DNA of 64,000 nt from an uncultured virus (IMG/VR IMGVR_UViG_3300028393_000045) (Duplodnaviria; Heunggongvirae; Uroviricota; Caudoviricetes): the IMG/VR virus record IMGVR_UViG_3300028393_000045; one strand, given 5' to 3'. Shown here piece by piece: positions 47,636-56,719 of the stretch. The position numbers and the translations under genes were made by a program. The notes beneath the pieces were generated by a model. That model was not told the DNA's origin. It did not search any database and was given only the letters and a program-made list of their open reading frames with translations. Positions within the stretch are counted from its first letter, which is position 1; each line of letters opens with the position of its first letter.

Positions 47636-48019
47636 TCAAGAGATATTCTGCGTATGATCTAGGTAAGATTGGAGGTTATTGTTATATAGAGTAAGAGCTA
47701 AACTAGTAACATCGTCAAACGTGCTAATAGAGGATTCATTCCTTATTAAATAAGGTTGTGTTAAAAACTTTTCTAATTGTACTAAAGTTTTTGGTAAAAT
47801 ATTGTGTTGGAGATTGTGTGAATAGTGTTGCACACCAAGTGCCACAAACTCAGAAAATCCTTCAAAAGTCAATCGCATGCTACGATCATTTGTAGGATTA
47901 TACCAATACCTTATCCGGAAGTAATTGATCGAGTGCTGCTCTACTTGCTCTGGAAATTTTTTTGTTTTTAACTCAACTAATGCTTTAGACCATTCAAGTT
48001 GAGTTTTAACAATTGTCAT
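47636..48019 (-). CDS. Hypothetical protein
   Basis: ATGA-coupled ORF. Confidence 0.65.
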   Translation of the reverse strand: MTIVKTQLEWSKALVELKTKKFPEQVEQHSINYFRIRYWYNPTNDRSMRLTFEGFSEFVALGVQHYSHNLQHNILPKTLVQLEKFLTQPYLIRNESSISTFDDVTSLALTLYNNNLQSYLDHTQNIS

Positions 48020-48309
48020 ACAGCTGAATAAACAACAGGCCCTTGATTTAATAAAACAACGGTAAAACTCTCAGTTTTAAATTGAGTGTTTAATTTTTTG
48101 GCTAAACTAATAGCATGCCCTGGATTTGAAAAAGATACTTTTCTGTACTTTGGGCCAGGATAGCTTACTAATATATTTTGTGTTTTTAAATTTACAGGTT
48201 TACCATTGTGATAAACTGCCCAAATTCCATCCGACGCTAGTACTTGGTCGCATTTATAGTTTGTTTTATTTAGATTTTCTAAAATTACAACAGGTTTAGG
48301 TCTACTCAT
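48016..48309 (-). CDS. Hypothetical protein (MSRPKP...YPGPKY)
   Basis: ORF with SD AGGA and a TAAATA element upstream. Confidence 0.7.
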   Translation of the reverse strand: MSRPKPVVILENLNKTNYKCDQVLASDGIWAVYHNGKPVNLKTQNILVSYPGPKYRKVSFSNPGHAISLAKKLNTQFKTESFTVVLLNQGPVVYSAV

Positions 48310-48366
48310 AACTAAGTCCTTTGATATATCATCATGTACTTTATTTATGCGTAGTTAATTAACTCT

Positions 48367-48831
48367 TTATTGTATTACTTCCAATAATTTAGAATTTGCT
48401 TCGCTCTGTGTGATAAATGGACCAAAAAATTTATTTCTGGCTAACACAATTTTCTTAGGACAAAACACACTAGACCATTCGCCTTCTATATTAACTAAGT
48501 AATACCCTGCACAGTAAAAACTTTTACTTTTTGGTTCTTTAGTAAACAACGGCAACCTGGACTTTAAATCAAATATGCCATTATAGGGAATACTATCACA
48601 AGGAAATTCAAGAACTTGGTTGGTATTCTCTTTTTTTGCTTTCCCTATCTTGGTAGGTGCAATGTTGTATTTAGAACTTAATATCTTAAATGATGGAAAC
48701 TTTTCACGTGATGTACCACGTACTAGAACAACACCATCGGGCGCGGCCTGTATAGTACCTATTTTTTGGCCATTGTTTTCGACAATCCAAAATTTATTTT
48801 TAATAACTGTTTTAGCAATCATTGAACTCAT
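48367..48831 (-). CDS. Hypothetical protein
   Basis: 154-aa ORF. Confidence 0.7.
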   Translation of the reverse strand: MSSMIAKTVIKNKFWIVENNGQKIGTIQAAPDGVVLVRGTSREKFPSFKILSSKYNIAPTKIGKAKKENTNQVLEFPCDSIPYNGIFDLKSRLPLFTKEPKSKSFYCAGYYLVNIEGEWSSVFCPKKIVLARNKFFGPFITQSEANSKLLEVIQ

Positions 48832-48841
48832 AATTAATCCT

Positions 48842-49249
48842 TTATTTTGTTTTTTCTGCTATCTCTTTATACCCTGCCCAACTGGGATGAATACCATCTG
48901 GTTGTAATCGAGTAATAGGAATAACAGTATCGCCGAAGCCAGATGCTACTTCCCGGACTATTGCTTGTATCTCGGGTTTAATAGCAGGCATGATCCAATA
49001 GACACGTTTAGCAGATACCAATTGACGTATCCGTGAAATCTCTTCTCGAGAGTGTACACCTTTGTGATCATTTGATCCTAGACTAATGATTAGCGTTTCG
49101 GCTTTGGGTAATGCACCTTGATCTCCATCAAGATATTGCCGGCGCCATTGCCAACTATTAATTCCGCCTTTGGCAATGGCTACACAATCAGGGCGAAACT
49201 GTTTTGTACCAACAGCAATGCTGTCACCTATAATTAGACAATCAATCAT
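48842..49249 (-). CDS. SGNH/GDSL hydrolase
   Basis: IGDSI, SLGSND, DGIHP blocks. Confidence 0.8.
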   Translation of the reverse strand: MIDCLIIGDSIAVGTKQFRPDCVAIAKGGINSWQWRRQYLDGDQGALPKAETLIISLGSNDHKGVHSREEISRIRQLVSAKRVYWIMPAIKPEIQAIVREVASGFGDTVIPITRLQPDGIHPSWAGYKEIAEKTK

Positions 49250-50247
49250 ATAACTGGATTGGGATAACTTGATCCTAGCAATTCACCAAAACTAGTAGCA
49301 TTCTCGCTTAACTTGTTTAATTCAAATTTGCCACAAAATTTTAAAAACTGTGCGCCAACCATGGGTTTGGATTTTACTACGCTATTGCTAATAATAGTTT
49401 CGGCTATCTTCAGTTTAATATTATCGGGTTGGGCAGACAAATCAACTAGTACACGATTGCGCTCGTAGTCGTCTTTAACTCTGTGCTCTTGACCATTGTG
49501 GTCAGACCAACGTTGCAACATGAGATTGTTCCAGGAAAATCCTTTATGATCTCGGTCGTTGTAGGCTTCTTCCAATCCCACCTTGTTCTTGCTGCCTTTA
49601 GTACGCACACCCGGATAGGCACTAAAGACATTATCAGTGGGGTCGCCACGCATACATTTCTCAAATAGTATCCAGCTGGGGTCGGGGATACGTTTAGGTT
49701 CTTTGGTCTTCTTATCAATTACAGGTTTGCCTTTTTTATCAAGGATGCCATCTAAGGTGTGCAATTCATCTGCAATACCATTATATTGTTTTACGTTAGT
49801 AGCCAACAACTGATGAAAATCGGTGTCGCTGCTAACAATAACATGATTATCCAGTGGATGACTTTGTATCCACCCTGCAATTAAATCATCTGCTTCTAGC
49901 TCGGGATGACGCAAGGTAGTACAGTTAGTGCGATCGGTGAAGAAATCCTTAAGAGAATCAAGTCCTTCCCAAAACATCTTATCTTCTTCTTGTTCTGCTA
50001 CAGTAGCAGCGTCTCTGGCTACTGCACGATTAGCTTTATAAGGAGGATAAAAGTCCTTACGCCATGATCGGCCTTCGTTGCAGATAACCACATGATCGGC
50101 ACGTTGATCTCTCCAGCATTTATTAATGCTGCTCATAGTTACATGTAATCCAAATGCCACTCGTTCTTCTAATGTACTGCCTCTGTGTGCAGCATGACGA
50201 GCCCGGAAATAAGTATTTGCTAAATCAATGAGTAGGTATGTAGTCAT
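49246..50247 (-). CDS. 5'-3' exonuclease / T4 RNase H-like
   Basis: LLID, WRK..YPPYKANR, EADD, SSDTDF.QL, GDPTDN. Confidence 0.9.
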   Translation of the reverse strand: MTTYLLIDLANTYFRARHAAHRGSTLEERVAFGLHVTMSSINKCWRDQRADHVVICNEGRSWRKDFYPPYKANRAVARDAATVAEQEEDKMFWEGLDSLKDFFTDRTNCTTLRHPELEADDLIAGWIQSHPLDNHVIVSSDTDFHQLLATNVKQYNGIADELHTLDGILDKKGKPVIDKKTKEPKRIPDPSWILFEKCMRGDPTDNVFSAYPGVRTKGSKNKVGLEEAYNDRDHKGFSWNNLMLQRWSDHNGQEHRVKDDYERNRVLVDLSAQPDNIKLKIAETIISNSVVKSKPMVGAQFLKFCGKFELNKLSENATSFGELLGSSYPNPVI

Positions 50248-50253
50248 ACCGCA

Positions 50254-50282
50254 ATGTTAACATAGATTTGTTTAGCTGTCAA
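50254..50282 (-). promoter_or_regulatory. Sigma70-like promoter
   Basis: TTGACA-17-TAACAT with extended TG. Confidence 0.55.
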
Positions 50283-50728
50283 CGGTACTCTGATCGATTT
50301 GAGTCTAATTTTGTTTTATTTACATAACGTGCATCAGGATCTGCTTGTTCTTGCTCAAATGCTTCGGTTAATACATTTCGGCAAATTTCTTGGAACCATA
50401 AATCAACAATTTGTTGATCGGTCTTTCCTTTGTATCCTGCACGAACCAACTTGGCCAAGAAAATCTCATTCCAGTCTAGCTCGAATGCACCATTGCCAAC
50501 ATTATCAGGATCAATTTCTACACCAATAACAGATACCCATGGTTCACCGGCAGCAGTAGCTTTATCTTTTTCTGACGTTACCGATACTGCTACTACAGGC
50601 TCTTTAGGCTTGCTTTTACTACGGCGTGCTTTCGGTGCTTTGGGTTCTTCGGGGACTACAACCGGGTTGGCCTCAACCGGTGGCGGCATAGATTCTTTTT
50701 TTCCAAATACTTTATCAAATAGTCCCAT
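50279..50728 (-). CDS. Hypothetical protein
   Basis: 149-aa ORF (EPWV.V...G.FELDWN..F). Confidence 0.7.
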   Translation of the reverse strand: MGLFDKVFGKKESMPPPVEANPVVVPEEPKAPKARRSKSKPKEPVVAVSVTSEKDKATAAGEPWVSVIGVEIDPDNVGNGAFELDWNEIFLAKLVRAGYKGKTDQQIVDLWFQEICRNVLTEAFEQEQADPDARYVNKTKLDSNRSEYR

Positions 50729-50750
50729 GATTTTAAATCTTTCTTTATAG

Positions 50751-50846
50751 TTATTCTCTATCTACTCTAGCATCTTCGTTGGAACGATAGCACATATATA
50801 ATACGCCTATAATATAACCAAGCAAGAAACACAAAAAGTAATTCAT
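50751..50846 (-). CDS. 31-aa membrane peptide (not in the ORF track)
   Basis: MNYFLCFLLGYIIGVLYMCYRSNEDARVDRE*. Confidence 0.5.
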   Translation of the reverse strand: MNYFLCFLLGYIIGVLYMCYRSNEDARVDRE

Positions 50847-50847
50847 G

Positions 50848-51045
50848 CTAGTTAATGCCAAACCGTTGTTTAATCATGCCAGCTGCTCCCAAACTGGTCA
50901 TTTGAGTAGTACTACCTTTATCACATATATCAATGCACTCTAATAGGATTAGTTTTGCAAAACGCTCTTGTATATCCGGATTAATGTCAGGATAAAAACT
51001 TCCACCAGCCATTAATTGTAAATTTTTAAGTAATTCTTTATTCAT
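50848..51045 (-). CDS. Hypothetical protein
   Basis: Likely start MNKELL just after the queE stop. Confidence 0.55.
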   Translation of the reverse strand: MNKELLKNLQLMAGGSFYPDINPDIQERFAKLILLECIDICDKGSTTQMTSLGAAGMIKQRFGIN

Positions 51046-51046
51046 A

Positions 51047-51913
51047 TTAAGTACCCCACTCATTTTTAAATAACGGTACTTGTAGCCTATCACTGTACCG
51101 TAGTCCGTGTTTCATTGCCAACAATGCCACATTACGATTGTTTAATGCATACACACTTTCAACACCGCCCACTGGCATTAGATACACATGCCCTGTAAAT
51201 CCTGCTGCACGATATTCAGCAATGGCACGTTCTGCATCTTCAAAATCTTCCTGTGTGGCAATAACAAACTTTAAATATGCTGTGCCGTATTCTTCATATT
51301 CACAAACTACTTCGGGTAGAATAGCTTCTTCCCACGGCTCACCACTACAAGGCAATTTGGCACTTACTGAGAAGGTAATCTCACGCCAAAAGTCTTGATC
51401 ATGATGTGATTTCCATGTGTGCAAATACGAAGCAAAGTCTAGAGCAAGTTTCTGAGTACCATTGGTTTCAAATGTAATTTCTTTCAAGCCAGCCATCTTA
51501 GGATGATTTAACAAATCTGGATAAGCACGTTGCCATCCCAGCAATGGTTCGCCTCCGGTGATAACCAAATGCTCATCGCGCCACTCACCATGCGGAAGTA
51601 TTTCCATAATGCGTTCTACAATTGCATCTGTCGTTAACATTGGACTTAGATCTTTAAATGCTGGATCCCAGCTGGCATAGCTATCGCAGCCTGTGCTTAC
51701 TAACGGGAGCTCTTCATACTTTTGAAAAGGGGTAACCAATGAATGTGTAGCTGCAATACCAGCAGCCTCCATACTTAATTCTCCGCGTGGCATACCAAAC
51801 CCTGCACATTTAAAATTACATCCAAATGTACGTAAGAAAACAGACGGCACACCCATGTAACGTCCTTCACCTTGGATGCTGTAGAACAGCTCTGCTATTT
51901 TAATTTTGCTCAT
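51047..51913 (-). CDS. queE: 7-carboxy-7-deazaguanine synthase (radical SAM)
   Basis: ELFYSIQGEG..G.PSVFLR..GCN..C, CDS, ITGGEP, ETNGT, YLMP, RLQ; start reassigned to MSKIKIAE. Confidence 0.88.
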   Translation of the reverse strand: MSKIKIAELFYSIQGEGRYMGVPSVFLRTFGCNFKCAGFGMPRGELSMEAAGIAATHSLVTPFQKYEELPLVSTGCDSYASWDPAFKDLSPMLTTDAIVERIMEILPHGEWRDEHLVITGGEPLLGWQRAYPDLLNHPKMAGLKEITFETNGTQKLALDFASYLHTWKSHHDQDFWREITFSVSAKLPCSGEPWEEAILPEVVCEYEEYGTAYLKFVIATQEDFEDAERAIAEYRAAGFTGHVYLMPVGGVESVYALNNRNVALLAMKHGLRYSDRLQVPLFKNEWGT

Positions 51914-52178
51914 AAATGTTAGACCATTTCTTAAGTTTTTCAATCTTTGCTTTTTTTGCAACTTCTAAGTTGTCTATGGATATTACACCCAACTCAAGCA
52001 TAATGTCAATCATTGCGAGCATATCGCCCAATTCTTCTTCAAGATGCTCTCGATTGGTTTTAGGTTTACCCGGTTTTACATTGTCGGCTCCAAAGCGATT
52101 AATTTTACTAACTGCTTGGATTACCTCTGCACATTCTTCTTGAAGAATATCCATTACTTCTTTTTCTTTAGCATTCAT
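51900..52178 (-). CDS. MazG-like all-alpha NTP pyrophosphohydrolase
   Basis: QEECAEV...LEEELGD motif. Confidence 0.75.
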   Translation of the reverse strand: MNAKEKEVMDILQEECAEVIQAVSKINRFGADNVKPGKPKTNREHLEEELGDMLAMIDIMLELGVISIDNLEVAKKAKIEKLKKWSNIYEQN

Positions 52179-52196
52179 TCGCTATGTCTTTCAGTA

Positions 52197-52826
52197 TTAA
52201 TAATAAGGTCCAAAATCTGGAGTACGTTGATATCTTGCAACATATGCATTCCACATTAGAGAAAAATCGTTGCAGGTAAACAAACTAATTAACTGCTTTT
52301 GATTTAAATAGTTTTCAGTATGTGTACCTACTGTTTTGTTTATTAGTGCTACATATTGATCTGCTACTGGTAAATCAAATGCTTGCAATAATCTAACTGA
52401 TTTTTTTAGCGTATCTTGGCTACCTGCTAAGTCGTCAACTAGTAAAATAGGATTACCGGTTACTCTGCCTTCGGTGAAATTTAATAATCCGTACGATTTA
52501 CGTGTTTTTTTTAAACTAATCATTGGTGACCCTAATATTTGAGCCATACCAAATCCTAGTGTAATTCCTGCATCCTCGCATGCCCCAATTTGCACATTAG
52601 TATGCGGCAATTTTTCTATTAGAAGTTCTGCTGCTGTAGTTACAAACTTAGGATCAAATAAACATCTACGCAAATAGAATTGCCAATAGTAAGAATCATT
52701 TGCTGCTTTTGCTGGAATTGCTGCTTGCCCATCTGGCACTCTATAAATGCCGCGATGCTCAATTTCGTTTCTTAAATAAATCCATTTTTCGTTACTAATG
52801 CTCATGCAAATAAGTCCTCGTTCCAT
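52197..52826 (-). CDS. Type I phosphoribosyltransferase (PyrE-like fold); start probably at MSIS (52802)
   Basis: PRPP loop ILLVDDLAGSQDT; K.RKSYG flexible loop. Confidence 0.7.
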   Translation of the reverse strand: MERGLICMSISNEKWIYLRNEIEHRGIYRVPDGQAAIPAKAANDSYYWQFYLRRCLFDPKFVTTAAELLIEKLPHTNVQIGACEDAGITLGFGMAQILGSPMISLKKTRKSYGLLNFTEGRVTGNPILLVDDLAGSQDTLKKSVRLLQAFDLPVADQYVALINKTVGTHTENYLNQKQLISLFTCNDFSLMWNAYVARYQRTPDFGPYY

Positions 52827-53299
52827 TCACGATGTCCTTCACGGAAAGCCATATTGGCCTGTGTCTCACGCACTTCCACACGATAACACCACAGTCGCTT
52901 GGCTTCACCTTCGCCCCAGTAGTCGGGGATATAAACACCATTGACATACTTGTACAGCATGTCACTCAGCGACTCGCATCCCATGGCTGGCAGGATAGTC
53001 AGTTTGGCCAACTTACGGCGTTCCATTTCTTTGTAGAACTCAAGTTCTGGATCATCATGTGCCACCAGAGTTGTGTGATCAAATTGGTCTTCTAATATCT
53101 TTTTAAGTTCTTTCAATCCGCCGTAGTCAGCAACCCAGTTGCGAACGTCTAAGTCGTTGGTTCCAAAATAGAACTTCATACTAAACGAGTAACCGTGATT
53201 CATATTGCAATGACTATCGGCCCTCCATTGTCTATAAGCGCAAGGAAATGCGTCTATGTACTCTTTTGTACTAGTGTACTTGTATGTGATTGGGGTCAT
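52802..53299 (-). CDS. queD: 6-carboxy-tetrahydropterin synthase (PTPS family)
   Basis: SHC...HGY, DYGGLK, FDH, E..N; deazaguanine gene context. Confidence 0.85.
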   Translation of the reverse strand: MTPITYKYTSTKEYIDAFPCAYRQWRADSHCNMNHGYSFSMKFYFGTNDLDVRNWVADYGGLKELKKILEDQFDHTTLVAHDDPELEFYKEMERRKLAKLTILPAMGCESLSDMLYKYVNGVYIPDYWGEGEAKRLWCYRVEVRETQANMAFREGHREWNEDLFA

Positions 53300-53381
53300 G
53301 CTGTTTCTCCTATGTTAATTATAGCATAGGCGGCGGAGTTTGTAAAGCGGGACGATGCCGATAGACCGCTGTATGTATTTA
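53300..53381 (-). promoter_or_regulatory. Late promoter plus structured, riboswitch-like 5' leader of queD
   Basis: TAAATA 53376-53381; AGCGG/CCGCU stem; CGGC/GCCG pseudoknot; CCUAUG/CAUAGG stem over the SD. Confidence 0.65.
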
Positions 53382-53383
53382 TC

Positions 53384-53827
53384 TTATTGTTCGGATACGT
53401 TTAGTATTTGAGCTGCTTGAACATCATCTTCTAAAATATTACCATTCTCATCTACTAGACAGATTTTAATTGGATTACTAATACGCATATAGGAACCATC
53501 AATAATCCATTGATCGTCAATTCCGTTAACTCCGTCTCTTCCCCAATTAATTCCAATACTATCTGTTTCTTCTTGAGTAAAATCACCGTAGAATTTGTAG
53601 AATGTTTGAAATTGATTTTTGTACACACATGTATCCATTGGAAAATGCATATTGTCGTCGTTTATTTCTTGCTGTGTAATTGGATTGTCTAAACTTCTAG
53701 TTCCGTATCCGGATACATATGTATCAGTTACGCTCCAACCGCGATCATTGTTTACAGACTTAATATTATAATAAACACTAATGCTACCGTTGTCGTATGT
53801 TGGATACACTCTGTATGAATTTGTCAT
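53384..53827 (-). CDS. Hypothetical protein
   Basis: 147-aa ORF, SD AAGGA. Confidence 0.65.
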   Translation of the reverse strand: MTNSYRVYPTYDNGSISVYYNIKSVNNDRGWSVTDTYVSGYGTRSLDNPITQQEINDDNMHFPMDTCVYKNQFQTFYKFYGDFTQEETDSIGINWGRDGVNGIDDQWIIDGSYMRISNPIKICLVDENGNILEDDVQAAQILNVSEQ

Positions 53828-53865
53828 AATTATTTTTGTCCTTGCTTTATATTTAGTACTTAAAA

Positions 53866-54336
53866 TTATAAGAAATCGTCACTGTCGTAATAATCACTAA
53901 TACCATATTCCTCATCCAGTTCAGGGGGTATAGTATCGACTAACTCTTCTTTTGATAAATGACTGTAGTCGTATTGTTGATCGTCACCGTTATCCCAAAT
54001 ACCACAAAATCCTATTCCTGGTTCGTAGTAAGTTGCATATACACTAAATCCTTGATCTAGTAATGATTTATATGCCATTAACGGTGGTGCCCATGCACTA
54101 GTAAAACTAAGTGTAATTTTATTTGGAGTTACTTCTAAGAAGCCGTCGTTTTCTCCAATGTCCCATTTAGTACCCCAGTTTTCAATATTCCATGTATACC
54201 AATTTTCGTTATGTTCTGTTGGTCTTGGAACTAAGGTGTTTAAAAATTCACCTTTGGCAAAGGCATTACCAGCACGTTCAATTACTTCCGGATCGTTGTG
54301 TTCTAAAATTAATTTGTTATCACACCAATTTGGCAC
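53866..54336 (-). CDS. YubB/DUF1281-like ferredoxin-fold protein
   Basis: MPNWC.N, W...NWGTKW, F.SAW.PP, YYEPG. Confidence 0.65.
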   Translation of the reverse strand: MPNWCDNKLILEHNDPEVIERAGNAFAKGEFLNTLVPRPTEHNENWYTWNIENWGTKWDIGENDGFLEVTPNKITLSFTSAWAPPLMAYKSLLDQGFSVYATYYEPGIGFCGIWDNGDDQQYDYSHLSKEELVDTIPPELDEEYGISDYYDSDDFL

Positions 54337-54347
54337 AATGGTTCTCC

Positions 54348-54560
54348 TTAGGCAGCAGATTTTTTACGAGATGTCTTAACAGGGGCTTCTACACTTAGTA
54401 TAGCAGCCTTCACTTCATTAAGCAAGGCTTCGTCATCCCATTTTAATTCAGTGCGCCCATTCGGAAAAGTTGTAACAGTTAAATGATTACCTTTAACTAT
54501 CTTTACTACATCCAACCCAGTAGCATTGACTACTTCGGATTTCTTTTTTTTAGTTGCCAT
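54348..54560 (-). CDS. Hypothetical basic protein
   Basis: 70-aa ORF. Confidence 0.6.
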   Translation of the reverse strand: MATKKKKSEVVNATGLDVVKIVKGNHLTVTTFPNGRTELKWDDEALLNEVKAAILSVEAPVKTSRKKSAA

Positions 54561-54966
54561 CTTGTGCTTCCTCTATTTCTTCTATCTTTAACAAATCATT
54601 AAACCAGTATTCCGAACGATCAAAAATCCATCCAGATTCTTCCAATGATTTATAAATGTCTATTCCAATTAAATTTTTAATTTTAATTTGTTCTTCACTA
54701 TTGACTTGTGATGGAAACAACCAAGCAGCCACTGATACACTAGTTTTAGGAACAAGCGTTAACAAACTCCAACTATATTCGGTACCTTTTGTTAATTCAA
54801 TTCCGTCAATGTTTTCTAAATTCATATCAGGCATGGTATGGTTCCAGCATACAAATTCTGAATATTCAAATGTCTCACGCCGTGAAATAGTCAAACTGCC
54901 TTTATACCAATATTGCTGCTCAATTATTTTGTTTTTGTATTGAGGTGATATTTTCCATTTTTTCAT
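54550..54966 (-). CDS. Hypothetical protein
   Basis: ATGA-coupled to folE. Confidence 0.65.
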   Translation of the reverse strand: MKKWKISPQYKNKIIEQQYWYKGSLTISRRETFEYSEFVCWNHTMPDMNLENIDGIELTKGTEYSWSLLTLVPKTSVSVAAWLFPSQVNSEEQIKIKNLIGIDIYKSLEESGWIFDRSEYWFNDLLKIEEIEEAQDGN

Positions 54967-55673
54967 CGCGGTGCAAACTCCTGCTGTAGTTTGATGTTAT
55001 CAAAAAACTCCTTCTTGGTGCTTTGATCTGTTTGAAATGCACCTCGAAGCACAGTAGTTTGAGTTAGACTGCTATGTGCCATGATACCACGATTCTCACA
55101 GCATCCATGTGTAGCTTGGATATAAACACCTAGGTCTGTTGCTCCTGTAGCTTTTTGGATTTCTCTAGCAATGTCATTGGCCAGTTCTTCCTGCAAAGTA
55201 CCACGACGAGCGCACCAATGAGCAATACGAGTGTACTTAGACAAACCAATGAGCTTTTCTGCGGCGATAATCCCAATATAAGCGACACCAGATACAGGCT
55301 GGTGATGATGGCTACACATACTGCGTAGTTCACTTCTAACCACAAGCATGCCTTCGTATCTATCTGCTGAATCATTTGGAAAAGCCGTTGCATTCGGTGC
55401 TGGTTCATATCTACCTTCCATAATTTCATTAAAATACATTTTAGCTAATCGACGTGCAGTACCTTTACTATTAGGATCTGTTTCACGATCAATTAATAAT
55501 CTATCCAGTACAGTTTCAAATGCTAGTGTAGCTTCGTCAATTAAAATGTCTTTATCCAATCCGCTGATATATTCGCTAATATTATCGCCTGCCCAAAAGC
55601 GTTTGTTATCGCGTTTCATCTTAGAGCGAATATGATCGCCGAGATAAATTTCTTTGTTGTCTGTTTCACTCAT
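54963..55673 (-). CDS. folE: GTP cyclohydrolase I
   Basis: SMCSHH, IGLSKY.R, LQEEL, HGC...RG, F. Confidence 0.95.
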   Translation of the reverse strand: MSETDNKEIYLGDHIRSKMKRDNKRFWAGDNISEYISGLDKDILIDEATLAFETVLDRLLIDRETDPNSKGTARRLAKMYFNEIMEGRYEPAPNATAFPNDSADRYEGMLVVRSELRSMCSHHHQPVSGVAYIGIIAAEKLIGLSKYTRIAHWCARRGTLQEELANDIAREIQKATGATDLGVYIQATHGCCENRGIMAHSSLTQTTVLRGAFQTDQSTKKEFFDNIKLQQEFAPR

Positions 55674-55679
55674 TTTATT

Positions 55680-55746
55680 TTTCTCCGATGTTAAGGCAGA
55701 GGATTGCCATGTTTGTATTATATATTATTTAGACCAACAGAGTCAA
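55680..55746 (-). promoter_or_regulatory. Sigma70 promoter plus compact hairpin/pseudoknot leader of folE
   Basis: TTGACT-18-TATAAT (55717-55746); GGCA-AUCCUC-UGCC-UUAACAUC-GGAG. Confidence 0.55.
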
Positions 55747-55749
55747 TAA

Positions 55750-56718
55750 TTATGATAGGGTTTTTTGCCATTGCCATGCAGTTGCTACAATATTTTCGAT
55801 AGTACTATTGCGTGGCCGCCAAGAGGTTAGTTGTTTAAATTTTACGCTGTCGGCTACAAGTTTATCTGGATCACCCTCACGGCGTGGCCCAATATCTACA
55901 TTGATTGTATCTCCTACAGCATAACTACATGCATTAATAATTTCTTTATTACTATAGCCATGGCCAGTTCCTAAGTTGTATGCTTCGAACCTTCCGGGAT
56001 CGAAACTTTCAGCCAAACACACAGATTCTAAATGTGCCTGCGCGATATCAGTTACATGCAAATAATCGCGTATGCAAGTGCCATCTGCGGTATCATAATC
56101 ATTTCCGTTTAATACAAATGATTTCTTATTTTGATATGCACCTAATATCCGAGGAATGATATGTGTAGCATCAGCAGTATGACCTAATGCTCCTCCGGCA
56201 TCCGCTCCGCAGGCATTAAAATAACGTAATGCAATACCTTTGTATCCGTGTGCATTGCAATGATCTGCAATCACTTGTTCGCACATGAGTTTACTCCACC
56301 CATATGGATTCATTGGTTCTTGTTTAGAAGATTCACTAATAGGATTAGAACAGTAATTACCGTAGGTAGCAGCACTACTACTGAAAACAATTTTACCTGA
56401 CCAACCGTGCAATTGATCTAACAAAATGTTAGTTTTTGACACATTATTGTTATAATATTCACCAGGATTGGTCATGCTAGGACCTACTAGACTTGTACCT
56501 GCACAATGTATAATAGCATCTGCATTATTTATTTTTGCAGCAGTTGCAGCAACATCGGTGTAGTCGGCTACTAGCATATTGTCCATATAATGTGCAGCCT
56601 TGGGTATAGTTATAGTGCGATCAACACCGATAACATAATACCCTGCTTCTTTAAAAGTCTTGGCGGTATGACTGCCAATAAATCCAAATGCACCAGTAAT
56701 TACAACTCTTTTACTCAT
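55750..56718 (-). CDS. galE: UDP-glucose 4-epimerase-like extended SDR
   Basis: TGAFGFIG, FSSSAATYG, YGWSK, LRYFN, DGTCIRDYLHV, RREGD. Confidence 0.85.
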   Translation of the reverse strand: MSKRVVITGAFGFIGSHTAKTFKEAGYYVIGVDRTITIPKAAHYMDNMLVADYTDVAATAAKINNADAIIHCAGTSLVGPSMTNPGEYYNNNVSKTNILLDQLHGWSGKIVFSSSAATYGNYCSNPISESSKQEPMNPYGWSKLMCEQVIADHCNAHGYKGIALRYFNACGADAGGALGHTADATHIIPRILGAYQNKKSFVLNGNDYDTADGTCIRDYLHVTDIAQAHLESVCLAESFDPGRFEAYNLGTGHGYSNKEIINACSYAVGDTINVDIGPRREGDPDKLVADSVKFKQLTSWRPRNSTIENIVATAWQWQKTLS

Positions 56719-56719
56719 A

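Noticed and set aside
51914..51961. ORF-track N-terminal extensions of queE (also the GT at 57955 and the ORF at 58221)
   Set aside because: They overlap upstream genes; downstream ATGs fit SD/coupling and family N-termini better
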